A stretch of 64,000 nucleotides of DNA. Source: an uncultured Leptospiraceae bacterium (GTDB lineage Bacteria; Spirochaetota; UBA4802; UB4802). The stretch is from NCBI GenBank assembly GCA_964629365.1, contig CAZVRB010000004.1, forward strand, positions 18,827-82,826, read 5' to 3'. Position 1 is the first letter of the stretch, and each line of letters opens with the position of its first letter. The position numbers and the translations under genes were made by a program. Positions 8,793-19,284 of the stretch are shown one piece after another. The notes beneath the pieces were generated by a model. The model was not told the DNA's origin. It made no database searches and was given only the letters and a program-made list of their open reading frames with translations.

Positions 8793-9548
8793 ATGAAAAA
8801 AAAACCAGATACTACACTGTCCCCCCTGTATACCTATCATGAAGGGATGCAATGGAACCCCGTCGAAAAGGTGATATTTGAGCGAAGGAGCATTCGTGTC
8901 TTCAGGAAAAAAGATGTACCGGATTCCCTTATCAAAAGAATTTTAGAAGCAGGTCGGTTTGCCCCTTCAGCGGGCAACTGCCAGCCCTGGAAATTCGTGG
9001 TAATAAAAGATCCACAGGTTATAGAGCAAATGGAACGGGACACAATACGAATTACCCGACTCCTGATGTGGTTCATTGACTACGAACGGGGACCCGTAAG
9101 GCGTATTCTTCTGGGCACTCCGGTAAGGCTTTTGGCCAGGCTTGTGCCCAACATGCTGCACCCCATACCATTCAACCTGCTTCAGCGCATCGCCGCTGGT
9201 TCAGTACCCGTGTATCATAATGCCCCGGTTATAATCCTTCTTTTGGTAGACAAGCGAGGGGTTGGAACACCATCACTGGACGCGGGAATTTGCGGACAAA
9301 ACATGGTACTGGCTGCACACAGCCTGGGTCTGGGCACATGCTGGATCGGAATGATCACCTTGCTGATGAAAATGAAGAAGTGGCGTAAACGTTTTGGGGT
9401 TACATACCCATTTACCCTTGACGACTGTCTCATACTGGGCTGGCCACGGGGGGATTATGATGGTGAAATAGATCGCGAAATACAACTCGTTGAATGGATC
9501 AAAGAAGGTTCATCGTGGGACAAAACTACAGAACGACAGGGGGAATAA
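8793..9548 (+). CDS. nitroreductase family protein
   Basis: RRSIRVF...AGRFAPSAGNCQPWKFVVI signature of the NADH oxidase/nitroreductase fold. Confidence 0.75.
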   Translation: MKKKPDTTLSPLYTYHEGMQWNPVEKVIFERRSIRVFRKKDVPDSLIKRILEAGRFAPSAGNCQPWKFVVIKDPQVIEQMERDTIRITRLLMWFIDYERGPVRRILLGTPVRLLARLVPNMLHPIPFNLLQRIAAGSVPVYHNAPVIILLLVDKRGVGTPSLDAGICGQNMVLAAHSLGLGTCWIGMITLLMKMKKWRKRFGVTYPFTLDDCLILGWPRGDYDGEIDREIQLVEWIKEGSSWDKTTERQGE

Positions 9549-9549
9549 C

Positions 9550-9906
9550 ATGGCAAACCTTTCCATTCTGGATAAAGCAAAAATACCCAACTATTTCAAG
9601 TCAAAGCATATACGAACCGGCCTGGTCGTCTTTGATCCGTCACTGTGCACAGGATGTGGAATCTGCGTTTCCATCTGCCCTGCCGGTGCCATAACGATGA
9701 ACAGCCATATCCCGGGGGAGCGAACGAAAATCCCTGAGCTTGTACAGCTCTTTCATGATAAAGACATTCTCGCCTGCATGGCCTGCGGTGATTGCACGGC
9801 AGCATGTCCCAGTGATGCTATACAAATTAAGAGAGGATACAATACGAAGTATTATTTCAAAAAGATATCCCAGGTGCCCGACTTTGCTTTCCCCAAAAAA
9901 TACTGA
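9550..9906 (+). CDS. 4Fe-4S dicluster ferredoxin-domain protein
   Basis: Two CxxCxxCxxxCP motifs (CTGCGICVSICP, CMACGDCTAACP). The start MANLS at 9550 abuts the nitroreductase stop. Confidence 0.7.
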   Translation: MANLSILDKAKIPNYFKSKHIRTGLVVFDPSLCTGCGICVSICPAGAITMNSHIPGERTKIPELVQLFHDKDILACMACGDCTAACPSDAIQIKRGYNTKYYFKKISQVPDFAFPKKY

Positions 9907-9923
9907 GATTGTTACTTATGATA

Positions 9924-9950
9924 CCGGCATAAAGCCGGTTTCCGTATTTC
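9924..9950 (+). terminator. weak terminator-like hairpin after the ferredoxin gene
   Basis: CCGGC-ATAAA-GCCGG followed by TTTCCGTATTTC. Confidence 0.3.
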
Positions 9951-10069
9951 AGTAAAAAATAGCATACAATTTTTTACTTGACTAAAAGCCATTCACCCCT
10001 TCTTTACTTATCAAGCCTACCCGGTTTTATAACGGACATCTTATTAAAAACTTAAGGAAGTGAACCCGT

Positions 10070-10771
10070 ATGAAAAAAGCATTTTTTGCGGTTTTTCTAA
10101 TGTTGTTTGTCGTATCCTGTGGTCCATCAGCTAATCCGCAGCTCAAGGCAAAGATCAGCCCATACTTTACACAGGATTCTTCCACTCGTATCAGGGCATC
10201 AAAGAAATTTTATTCACCCATGCCCCTTGCCATTGGGCAGTACGCAGTTTATGGAACCATTGAAGATGATGGTACCCGCTCAATCACAAAGACCAGTATT
10301 GTTGGCAGGGAAGCCGGTGGCTGGATATATGAATCCTACACCCTGTCTGAGACCCAGGAGAGCACAGTACAAATTCTCATCAGGGGACTTGAAAAAGTTC
10401 GAAAGTCAGGAAACATTGATGACATCGAACTCTTATGGGTAAAGATTAAGGGAGAGGACGGCAAAGTGCAAAAGCTTGAAGGCCCTGTTCTCATGATGGC
10501 CAAATCACTGTACAAAAAACACCTTTCAGGACTGGATGTAACTGTTTCCCAATATGTGAACGGTGGTACAGTCAAGGTTCCCGCTGGATCATTCGCAGGC
10601 ACTAACAAGGTCAAGTCAGAGGTCACCTTCTGGGGTAAAAAGTATAAGAGCACAGGCTGGTACCATTATAAAGTCCCTATTAACGGTATGGTTAAATCGG
10701 TAACTGATGATGGTGATTCCACAATGGTGCTTCTAGAGTATGGCACCCGGGGCGCAAAATCTTCATTTTGA
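10070..10771 (+). CDS. lipoprotein, hypothetical
   Basis: MKKAFFAVFLMLFVVSC lipobox signal peptide, GGA-rich RBS. Confidence 0.5.
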   Translation: MKKAFFAVFLMLFVVSCGPSANPQLKAKISPYFTQDSSTRIRASKKFYSPMPLAIGQYAVYGTIEDDGTRSITKTSIVGREAGGWIYESYTLSETQESTVQILIRGLEKVRKSGNIDDIELLWVKIKGEDGKVQKLEGPVLMMAKSLYKKHLSGLDVTVSQYVNGGTVKVPAGSFAGTNKVKSEVTFWGKKYKSTGWYHYKVPINGMVKSVTDDGDSTMVLLEYGTRGAKSSF

Positions 10772-10786
10772 TCGTATTATACAATA

Positions 10787-10810
10787 GATCCTCCCAAAAC
10801 CGGGAGGATC
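10787..10810. terminator. bidirectional terminator hairpin
   Basis: GATCCTCCC-AAAAC-CGGGAGGATC followed by TTGTTATTTC, between convergent genes. Confidence 0.5.
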
Positions 10811-10829
10811 TTGTTATTTCAACATTTCA

Positions 10830-12389
10830 TTATTTCATTCCGAAAAATGAACTGATGCTATTTATAATCTCATCTCCGTAATCTCCCAGCAATTCACCTG
10901 TACTTTTTCTGTGCTTAAGCTGCAGTCTTGATTCAGTTTCCAGCTTGCGGCTTGCCATTACTTTTGCAAGCTCTTCAATAACCTCCGGCCTTTTTTCCAG
11001 TATAGGGGCAAGGTCTTCCCTGGAAAATTCCATGGCCTGGCAATCGGTAAGGGCAACAATTGTGGCCGATCTGCGCTCACCTGTTAAAAGTGAGTTTTCC
11101 CCGAAACAATCCCCGGTTGCCAGGCGCTCCAGTTCAACCGGCTTGCCATATGAATCAAGACGGGATATGGAGATTACACCGGCAGTTAATACCATCAGGG
11201 AATCACCTTTGTCCCCTTCCCTGACAATGGTTTCGTTTTCCCTGTAACTATTCAGGGTTACCCTTTCCAACAGTTCTTTGCGCTCTTCTTCGGTAAGAGG
11301 CGAAAAAATTTCAACGCTGGATATAAGTTCGTCAAGACCGGGTTCAATTATTTCATTGCGCTCTCCACTAAAGACATTCACTTCATGAGCGGATGGTGGC
11401 GGACTTATTCCTGCCTTCTGGCAATAATTCCATATCTCCATGAAAAGGTCATCACGGGCGGCAAAATACGTGGGATAATCTTCAAAATATACAAAAACAG
11501 AGTAGAGATAAGGCCTGCTCGTCCCATCCGAGAGGCGAACTACAGGGGGAGGATCCTTCAAAACTTTTTTACAGCTGAGAGCTGCTTCCAGTAAAACCCG
11601 ACGTACGAGTTCAGGAGAGATATCAGGTGAAATTTCCATCTTGAACCATGTACAGTAAACCCTGTCAGGCAGGTTGTAATTATGGATTGTGGAGGACATG
11701 GCTTTTCCGTTGGGTACTACGTACACGCTCTTGTTCCATGACAAAAGTCTTGTTGAGCGCCAGTTGATATCCACAACCTTCCCAATAGTACCATCACCCA
11801 TCTCAATCCAGTCATTGATACGGTAGGGTTTCTCTATGCTGAGAGCTATACCCGCGAATATATCTCCCAGGGTAGTTTGCATCGAAAGACCTATAACCCC
11901 GGCAATAATCCCTGATGAAACAAGAAGACCGGTTACAGGGCGGTCAAACACAAAGGTCATAATGCCATAAATGGCAAGGAGGTATACCCCTATCCTCACA
12001 AGGTTTTGCAGTATGTTGGGAACATCCATACCGGTTCGCCGTTTTACCATCCCTTTCCATACAAATAAATCTACAGCCTGAACAATTATACGGGCAAAAA
12101 TCAACCATAGTAAAACGGTTCGACCACGAGTTATCATGTTCGCGATTCTATCATCAAGAATAGGACCAAGCCAGTTGAATACCAGTGCTTCAAGTGACAA
12201 TACAAATAGGGGCAAAAGCACTATCTGTATCAACCAGAAAAAACGGATTATCAACAGCACCTGCAAACGATCAGCTGCTTTTTTCAATATCACGTATATA
12301 ACAAAAATCACGAGGACCGGATACGCCATCTCAACTGGCAGGCTTGATGTACTGCCCTTGAGGTATTCCAATATCATATGCACATTCAT
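10830..12389 (-). CDS. MscS-family mechanosensitive channel with C-terminal cyclic-nucleotide-binding domain
   Basis: TM region plus MscS pore/beta domain (GDIFAGIALSIEKPYRINDWIE...VVPNG). C-terminal cNMP-binding domain (GDKGDSLMVLTAGVISI...GDCFGENSLLTGERRSATI). Confidence 0.8.
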   Translation of the reverse strand: MNVHMILEYLKGSTSSLPVEMAYPVLVIFVIYVILKKAADRLQVLLIIRFFWLIQIVLLPLFVLSLEALVFNWLGPILDDRIANMITRGRTVLLWLIFARIIVQAVDLFVWKGMVKRRTGMDVPNILQNLVRIGVYLLAIYGIMTFVFDRPVTGLLVSSGIIAGVIGLSMQTTLGDIFAGIALSIEKPYRINDWIEMGDGTIGKVVDINWRSTRLLSWNKSVYVVPNGKAMSSTIHNYNLPDRVYCTWFKMEISPDISPELVRRVLLEAALSCKKVLKDPPPVVRLSDGTSRPYLYSVFVYFEDYPTYFAARDDLFMEIWNYCQKAGISPPPSAHEVNVFSGERNEIIEPGLDELISSVEIFSPLTEEERKELLERVTLNSYRENETIVREGDKGDSLMVLTAGVISISRLDSYGKPVELERLATGDCFGENSLLTGERRSATIVALTDCQAMEFSREDLAPILEKRPEVIEELAKVMASRKLETESRLQLKHRKSTGELLGDYGDEIINSISSFFGMK

Positions 12390-12636
12390 ATCCTGTTCCT
12401 GATTACATGGAATATATTAACCACTTTAACAGAATACCCATAGTATATGCAAACCAGCTAGTCAACAACATTGTACTGGGTAACAGGGGATATTATTTTT
12501 CTTGATTTTTTTCGGAAATACCGGTAATACTATATTCTAATCTACATTGTTCATGCGGGTTTTTTGCATACCTCTCACACCGATAACACCTGCCCGTAAT
12601 AATGCAACGCGCACTCATCCTGATGGAGGATACGAA

Positions 12637-14205
12637 ATGCCGGCTACAGTAAGCAGTCTTGATGAATTAACCAGGGCAGGAACACTTCTTACACAGGAGT
12701 TGGACTTCAAATCATTGATCTCCATCATCGCAGAACAGACACTGGATATATCCCTTTCAGACCTGGCCTGCCTTTACCTGGCAAAAGACCCAGAAGACAA
12801 TAATAGTGATTTACAACTAGCATATAAGAGGGGAAGATATGATGTCCCTTCCCGTATAACAGCTTCAAGTGAACTGGTTGACTTCATACGAGAATCGGAT
12901 GAGACCGTTGTTCTTACAGATCGTAAAAGAAGCCCTTTTCTTGATATACTCTGTAATGAACATATGCATTGCGGCATCGCCATGCCTCTATCTACTCCCA
13001 AAATCATGGTGGGTATACTGGTACTTAACAGCATAGAACCTGGATTTTACAACAGGGAAAAGTTTAACTTTCTGGATTCATTTTCCAGGCTGGCAGGTGG
13101 CATGCTGCATAATTCCCGCATGTTCAAACAACTCAGGGACTACCTGCGGGAGATCGAAGAGTTGCATTTATACCAGGAAAGTATATTCTCTTCCATGACC
13201 AACCTGCTTATTACCACGGATAATAGTGGAGAAATTCAGTATTACAATACCGTGGCAGAAGAACGATTTGGACTATCCGACGAACAGAAGGGCAAAAAAT
13301 TTGATACAGTGTTTAAAGACTCAATGAACAGAAAGATAATCAATGCCATAAATTCTTCCATCAGGCAGCCAAAGGAAATGCCTGGAATAGAAGGTATTTT
13401 CCGTGATGAAGAAAAAGAGATGGATTTCTCACTTAATCTTTCACCGCTTAAAGGCCGTCGTGGTAAACACCAGGGATTAACCCTTCTATTCACCGACCAG
13501 ACCCGCGAACGCGAACTGGAAGAAAAAATGGAGCGGGTGGTTGAAGAGCGACGCGTCATCAAGGACATGTTCTCCCGCTACCTTTCACAGGAGATAGTTC
13601 AAACATTGATGGAGCAGCCTCACCTTGTGAAACCCGGTGGTGACAAGAAGGAAGCCGCCATCCTTTTCGCAGATATACGGGGATATACAACCTTCTCAGA
13701 AACCAAGCCTCCCGAATATATTATTGAGATGCTAAACGACTATTTCAGCGAGGCTGTTGAGATCGTGGTGAAACATCGAGGGTATATAGACAAGTTTATT
13801 GGTGACGCCATAATGGCTGCCTGGGGGGTTCCCCTGCAAACAGAACAGCAGGATGCCATATCGGCGGTTTCTGCAGCCCTTGAAATTCAACAGTTAATCG
13901 CTTCAACCAGGCGGACATTCTTCAAGGGAGATGCGTCAGTACTGAAGGTGGGCATAGGATTACATACGGGACCCATAGTGGCCGGCAATCTTGGAAGCTC
14001 ACGGCGTATGAATTACACCGTTATCGGCGATACTGTCAATGTAGCTGCCAGGCTTGAAGGTGTAGCAAAGGGTGGTGAAGTTATCATCACACAGAAAACC
14101 CTCGACTACCTGGGTAACCTTTTCGCGGTCAAAAGCCTCGAGCCGGTAAAAGTAAAAGGAAAAGCAGATCCCATTCCCATATACAGTGTGCTCAAACAAA
14201 ATTAG
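12637..14205 (+). CDS. class III adenylate/guanylate cyclase with N-terminal GAF and PAS domains
   Basis: CHD motifs AILFADIRGYTTFSE, FIGDAIMAAWG, GLHTGPIVAGNLGS and YTVIGDTVNVAARLE. GGAGGA RBS before ATG 12637. Confidence 0.8.
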   Translation: MPATVSSLDELTRAGTLLTQELDFKSLISIIAEQTLDISLSDLACLYLAKDPEDNNSDLQLAYKRGRYDVPSRITASSELVDFIRESDETVVLTDRKRSPFLDILCNEHMHCGIAMPLSTPKIMVGILVLNSIEPGFYNREKFNFLDSFSRLAGGMLHNSRMFKQLRDYLREIEELHLYQESIFSSMTNLLITTDNSGEIQYYNTVAEERFGLSDEQKGKKFDTVFKDSMNRKIINAINSSIRQPKEMPGIEGIFRDEEKEMDFSLNLSPLKGRRGKHQGLTLLFTDQTRERELEEKMERVVEERRVIKDMFSRYLSQEIVQTLMEQPHLVKPGGDKKEAAILFADIRGYTTFSETKPPEYIIEMLNDYFSEAVEIVVKHRGYIDKFIGDAIMAAWGVPLQTEQQDAISAVSAALEIQQLIASTRRTFFKGDASVLKVGIGLHTGPIVAGNLGSSRRMNYTVIGDTVNVAARLEGVAKGGEVIITQKTLDYLGNLFAVKSLEPVKVKGKADPIPIYSVLKQN

Positions 14206-14229
14206 AAACAATATTCCAAAGGAGGTTTC

Positions 14230-16812
14230 ATGGAAACATTGATACGTATCATTGAATCACTGCCCTTATGGGTTATATTGCTGTTCTTTGCGTTTTTTGT
14301 GGCTGTGATAGCAGATATTATATGGAGCATTAAGGCCAGAAAACGTATATATAACATACTGGCAAGGGCTGCTGATAACCCGGATAAAGCAAGTGACATT
14401 GTTGCACCCATCTTTAAAAAAAGATATGCCTTCATTCGTTCTCAAGCCATCGAACGATTCGCAAAAGAAGAGGGTAATGATATTATATATATAAGCGGCA
14501 TCGATCGTTACTGGATCCAAAACCTGTTACGACTGAAGAGAAAACGTGACTTTAACAGGATCATGCATTATGCACCCGATACGGGCCTGTTTACCTGTTT
14601 CCTGGTAAGCCTCGATAAAAAACGGTTTGCCAGGCTTCTTCTTTCATTTCTTGAAGAAAGTGGTGATTTTTTATACATGCGACGTGTTGCTCTTTCAGGA
14701 CAGGGTGAAGATTTCGACGGGGCCAGGGCCAGGGAAATGTTTCTTGATCATCTTGATGAGATCCGCGAAATGACCGGAGATCCCGAATGGGCTTCACGAT
14801 ATTTCGCTATTAAAATACTGCTCCATGATAATGACAACCGGTCCATTCGCGCATTGTGGGACGCATTCGAGGACTCATATCCACTGGTACGGAAAACAGT
14901 CGCTCACGAATTTACCACCGACGAAACAGACAGGCTGCTTGACAGGTTGACTGCACTCACCATAAATGATTACACCTACGAGGTTCGGCACACCGCATGG
15001 AATCGTATCATGAATGAATTCCCGGATTATCGTTTCCCCGATTCAAAAAAAATGAGCCAGACTCAATCATTCCATATTCTTGAGCTGCTGCGACCCGAAA
15101 TAAAAGAAGATGAGAACCTTGCTTTCTACTTTCTTGACCAAAATAACCTGGAATTGCGTCTTCCTGCGGCAAGATACCTGAAAGAAAACGCGGCACTTGA
15201 CAGGCTGTGCCTGGATGTAGACCTCGGAGATAAAAAATTACTGGAACGTAACTTCTCATTACTTGAAAAAGCTGCACAGGTAAACGTAACGGATTTTCTT
15301 GCTTGCATTGAGAAAACAGATAACCCCGCAAGCCTGCTTATATGTGCCCGCATTCTGCTGCAATCGGGTCCCCGTCATTTCATCACCACCCTTGCCAGAA
15401 AATCATTCTCCCTGTATGATGGTACCTCCCGGTACAGGGAGATATATTCTGCAGCACTTGATTGCGTGGCAGCCAGGGGTAACGATGACGCCCTGAAACT
15501 CATGGACCGTGAATTGCAAAAGCGCAAAGGGGAAGTTGAAACCCTGCCTGTATTATTAGAACACGTACCTCCTCATGCTGACCATATCATTCAGGATACA
15601 CTCATTGGTTTTTTGAAGGACGAAAAGATCAAGCCCAGGGATATTCTTCGCCAGGCCCTGGTTAAAATGTCCCCACCGCATGTCCTTGAGCAGGTACTGA
15701 AAATTTTGTATGCCGGGCGGGATGCCCATCCACATATTGTAAGGAAGGACGCCCTCAAACTTCTGGGGCAGATGGATCTTCATTACTGTCTGCAGCTTTT
15801 GCTTGAAAATCTTCCATCCCTGCCAGTGGATGAGGCATCCGAGTTCACCCGGATACTTTCCTCTTACCCGAAAAAGGAATTCAACTCAAGGGTAGGAGAA
15901 CTTCTTGATTCCGGTGATGCCAGGATTCGCGCTTCTGTAATAACGGCATTACCGGTTACCGGTGACAAGTCATTTATTAAACGAATCACAAAATCATTAA
16001 AAGACGCCGATCCGGACGTGCGAATAGCATCGGTCTGGGCACTGGTGAACTTCGAGGAATACAAGTCTCTTCAGCAGACCGTTGACATGCTGCGTGACCC
16101 GGTAAAACGTGTAAGGAAGGAAGTGGCAAGTGCACTGGGTTTACATGGTTCCGTTAAAATGATCAAGGAACTCAAACAGATACTTCATGATGAGAACGAA
16201 GTTGAACCGGTAAAGAATGCAGCAATCATCGGACTGGGTGCCTCAAAATTAAAGGAATCAATTGACATTCTCATTGAAAAACTTGAAGAGCCCGACAATG
16301 ATGATGAAAATAAACAACTTAGCCTTGCGCTGTCATCTAAAACAGATACAAAAGATGCCCGTCACCTGGTTGAACATTTCAAGGATGCCGATCCCTCTAT
16401 GCGTGAGAAGATAACACGTATCTTTATAATGATGGAAGAAAAAGGTGAAAAGATGCTTACCGACCTGCTCAGAGAAGACATCAAGTCATTGAATCCCTAT
16501 ATAGCCGAGATTCTTGATGCAACGGGCTATGTTGAAAGCATCATTCGCTCCCTCTCTCACCGGGATCCTGCTATACGACGCGATTCAGCCGACACTCTCT
16601 CACGGATAGGCACCAAGTCCGCGTTTCGGGGAATTGTCCTTGCAGCACGTGACCCAGACGAAGAAGTACGGGTAAAAGTAACAAGGGCACTTGAAAAACT
16701 GGAAACCAAAGAAGGCAAAAAGATTTTGGATGAACTTGAAAAGGATCCTGACAGAAAAGTACGTAAATATACACACTGGGCACTGGAAAGACTTCGATCA
16801 AAGTCATTGTAG
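14230..16812 (+). CDS. membrane-anchored HEAT/PBS-lyase-like repeat protein
   Basis: AAGGAGG RBS, one N-terminal TM helix, then repeated DPDVRIASVWAL / DPVKRVRKEVASALG HEAT-type repeats across 860 aa. Starts 24 nt after the cyclase stop. Confidence 0.65.
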   Translation: METLIRIIESLPLWVILLFFAFFVAVIADIIWSIKARKRIYNILARAADNPDKASDIVAPIFKKRYAFIRSQAIERFAKEEGNDIIYISGIDRYWIQNLLRLKRKRDFNRIMHYAPDTGLFTCFLVSLDKKRFARLLLSFLEESGDFLYMRRVALSGQGEDFDGARAREMFLDHLDEIREMTGDPEWASRYFAIKILLHDNDNRSIRALWDAFEDSYPLVRKTVAHEFTTDETDRLLDRLTALTINDYTYEVRHTAWNRIMNEFPDYRFPDSKKMSQTQSFHILELLRPEIKEDENLAFYFLDQNNLELRLPAARYLKENAALDRLCLDVDLGDKKLLERNFSLLEKAAQVNVTDFLACIEKTDNPASLLICARILLQSGPRHFITTLARKSFSLYDGTSRYREIYSAALDCVAARGNDDALKLMDRELQKRKGEVETLPVLLEHVPPHADHIIQDTLIGFLKDEKIKPRDILRQALVKMSPPHVLEQVLKILYAGRDAHPHIVRKDALKLLGQMDLHYCLQLLLENLPSLPVDEASEFTRILSSYPKKEFNSRVGELLDSGDARIRASVITALPVTGDKSFIKRITKSLKDADPDVRIASVWALVNFEEYKSLQQTVDMLRDPVKRVRKEVASALGLHGSVKMIKELKQILHDENEVEPVKNAAIIGLGASKLKESIDILIEKLEEPDNDDENKQLSLALSSKTDTKDARHLVEHFKDADPSMREKITRIFIMMEEKGEKMLTDLLREDIKSLNPYIAEILDATGYVESIIRSLSHRDPAIRRDSADTLSRIGTKSAFRGIVLAARDPDEEVRVKVTRALEKLETKEGKKILDELEKDPDRKVRKYTHWALERLRSKSL

Positions 16813-17026
16813 TTACTACCGGGATATCCTTACTTTTGCCACAACAACTGGTAGAAGCATGGATATCCTGCCGTCATTTATTCCCCCGTGCTATCAAATA
16901 CAACTGCACGATCTAATTTACACAGATATAAGTATTTTGTAAATTTTTCTTGCCGTATGTGTATATTCCATTATTATAAAGTTCATACATAGACTAAATT
17001 GTGTATAAATTCTTCATAACGGGGTA

Positions 17027-18160
17027 GTGACTGTGGCTATTGATATTAAACGGGTAGAACATTCTAAAAGTCCATATTACAGGCATTTTATCGATCTGCC
17101 GCATAAGATTTACAGGAACAACGAGAACTGGGTACCATGGCTTCACAACGAAATGAAAACATTTATCGATAAGAAGCACCCCCTGTTCAAACATTCCAAT
17201 GGAGAATTCTATGTTGCAATGAAAGACGGCTCTCCCCTGGGAAGAATATTTGTATTTGAGAATACCAGGTACAATAAAACACACAACATGAAAAGCGCCC
17301 ATTTTTATTTTATTGATTTCTATGACGACACCAAGGTTTCCACTGCCCTGTTTATGACCGCTGCCGACTGGGCAAAAAAACGAAACTGTACCAGCCTGCT
17401 TGGACCAATGGGGTTTGGCGGTGTTACCGGGGGCGGCCTGCTCATTGATGGATATGAACACAGGGCCTCTATGAGTATGATGATGTATAATTTCCCCTAT
17501 TACCGTGATCATATCGAAGCTTTCGGATTTATGAAATACCTTGACAATTTTTCTTATTATCTTCCCACTTCGGCACAGTTGCCACCACAGTTACGTGATG
17601 CGTCAGATGCCCTGCTTGCAAAAGGAGATTTTAATGTAATGAATTTCACCTCAAAGAAAGAATTAGCTGAAGTGGCAGACGACGTAATTGATGTGTTTCT
17701 GCAAACACTCAGTGATCACGCGGGCAATTACGAACTCACCAGGGCGGAAAGTGATTACCTCGTAAACAGCCTGCTGCAGGTGGCAGATCCCGAATTAATA
17801 AAGATCATTGCATACAAGAAAAAGGTAATAGGGTTTCTCTTCGGGTTTCATGATCTTTCCGCTGCACTGCAAAAATCAAAAGGTAAAATTAACCCGCTGA
17901 GCATATACAGGATAATGCGGGAATATAAAAAAACAGACTGGATACTGATAAACGGGCTTGGTGTTCTACCTGATTTCCAGGGACTGGGTGCTAACGCTGT
18001 ACTGTATGCTGAACTGGAAAAGACCCTGAGAGAACACCCCGAATTCAAACACCTTGAGATGGTACAGATACAGGAAACAACAGCTAAAATGCTCAACAAC
18101 GTGAAAACATTAATGGGCCGCACCTATAAAACACATCGCATGTACAGGTATGATATTTAA
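17027..18160 (+). CDS. hypothetical protein, possibly GNAT-fold acyltransferase-like
   Basis: 377 aa. A GLGANAVLYAELEK segment resembles GNAT motif A. Otherwise unrecognised. GTG start. Confidence 0.35.
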   Translation: MTVAIDIKRVEHSKSPYYRHFIDLPHKIYRNNENWVPWLHNEMKTFIDKKHPLFKHSNGEFYVAMKDGSPLGRIFVFENTRYNKTHNMKSAHFYFIDFYDDTKVSTALFMTAADWAKKRNCTSLLGPMGFGGVTGGGLLIDGYEHRASMSMMMYNFPYYRDHIEAFGFMKYLDNFSYYLPTSAQLPPQLRDASDALLAKGDFNVMNFTSKKELAEVADDVIDVFLQTLSDHAGNYELTRAESDYLVNSLLQVADPELIKIIAYKKKVIGFLFGFHDLSAALQKSKGKINPLSIYRIMREYKKTDWILINGLGVLPDFQGLGANAVLYAELEKTLREHPEFKHLEMVQIQETTAKMLNNVKTLMGRTYKTHRMYRYDI

Positions 18161-18188
18161 AAAGCGATGGTGATACAAGACACATATA

Positions 18189-18593
18189 ATGGATACCATA
18201 CTGACATTAACCCTGATACTTATTTTTTCAATTATGACCATGCTCCTGTACCTGTACTTCAGCAGAAAGAACCCCGGCGAAAACCGGTCAATCACGGTTA
18301 CCGAAATACCATCTCTGGAATTCACCACCTGTTTACTTTGCGGAAGTCTTCTTCAGAAGGGTGAGAGGATGAAAACAGACGTATACCGGGGAAACAATTA
18401 TAGCGTGGTTCATATAACCGGCTGTCCATGGTGTAACGGGAGTCGGGGCAACAGGACAAGACAATGCCCGCAATGCAAAAGAGAACTACCCATGGATAAA
18501 TACCTTGTGGGAAAGATGTGGAAGAAAGGCAACGGTAAAATCCATGTCCAGGTATCAGGATGCAACTTCTGTAGCTACGGGAAACAGAGGTGA
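18189..18593 (+). CDS. membrane-anchored zinc-ribbon protein, hypothetical
   Basis: N-terminal TM helix, then CLLCGS...CPWCNG...CPQCKR...CNFC Cys pairs. Confidence 0.35.
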   Translation: MDTILTLTLILIFSIMTMLLYLYFSRKNPGENRSITVTEIPSLEFTTCLLCGSLLQKGERMKTDVYRGNNYSVVHITGCPWCNGSRGNRTRQCPQCKRELPMDKYLVGKMWKKGNGKIHVQVSGCNFCSYGKQR

Positions 18594-18609
18594 AAGATAT
18601 CCCATTATA

Positions 18610-19284
18610 CTACGAACCTGATCTTGACATTTCAATAATACTGTCCGACTCCCAGATGTGTATACCCTTGCTATTATCAAGGGCTGCGGTTTTCATGGCA
18701 CTGGCAACCACTCTGGCCTTCACGGGCCTGTATTTTCTTGCCGGTCCCACCATGAGAAAAGACAACCAGGGAAGAACCTTCATCCCCAGCTCTTCAGCAA
18801 ACCTTTGTTCATTTCTTTCACCCAGCAGCAATGATGGCCTGAATATATGCAGGGCTGAAAAACCCATGGTTTGCAGTTTTTCCTCCACTTCACCCTTAAC
18901 CCTGTTGTAGAACACAGAAGATCGCGGATTGGCCATCATTGCGGTTATCACTAAGAAACGGGAAGCACCAGCATCTTTTGCAAGCTTCGCCGCCTGAACC
19001 ACGTAGTGATAATCTACTTTTTTAAATGCTTCCCTGCTCCCGGCTTTTTTCATAGTAGTTCCCAGGCAACAGAACACATCATCAACCTTGAAAAGATGGC
19101 CTTGTTCTGCCATCCTGTCAAAATCAATAATATACTGCTGAACCTTTTCACCGGAGACATCTGAATTACGCCTGACTGGAACAGTAATCATTGTATATGC
19201 GTCATCATTGTTTAATAAACGCACAAGTTCACCTCCCACCAGTCCGGTGGCACCCAGAACAAGCGCTGTTTTTTTGTCCGTCAT
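18610..19284 (-). CDS. NAD(P)H-binding oxidoreductase (atypical SDR / NmrA-like)
   Basis: LVLGATGLVGGELVRLL Rossmann motif. Overlaps the upstream transporter gene by 4 nt. Confidence 0.65.
   Translation of the reverse strand: MTDKKTALVLGATGLVGGELVRLLNNDDAYTMITVPVRRNSDVSGEKVQQYIIDFDRMAEQGHLFKVDDVFCCLGTTMKKAGSREAFKKVDYHYVVQAAKLAKDAGASRFLVITAMMANPRSSVFYNRVKGEVEEKLQTMGFSALHIFRPSLLLGERNEQRFAEELGMKVLPWLSFLMVGPARKYRPVKARVVASAMKTAALDNSKGIHIWESDSIIEMSRSGS

Noticed and set aside
18590-18910. 106 aa + strand ORF overlapping the NAD(P)-binding gene
   Set aside because: Antisense to a gene with a clear Rossmann motif. No start context.
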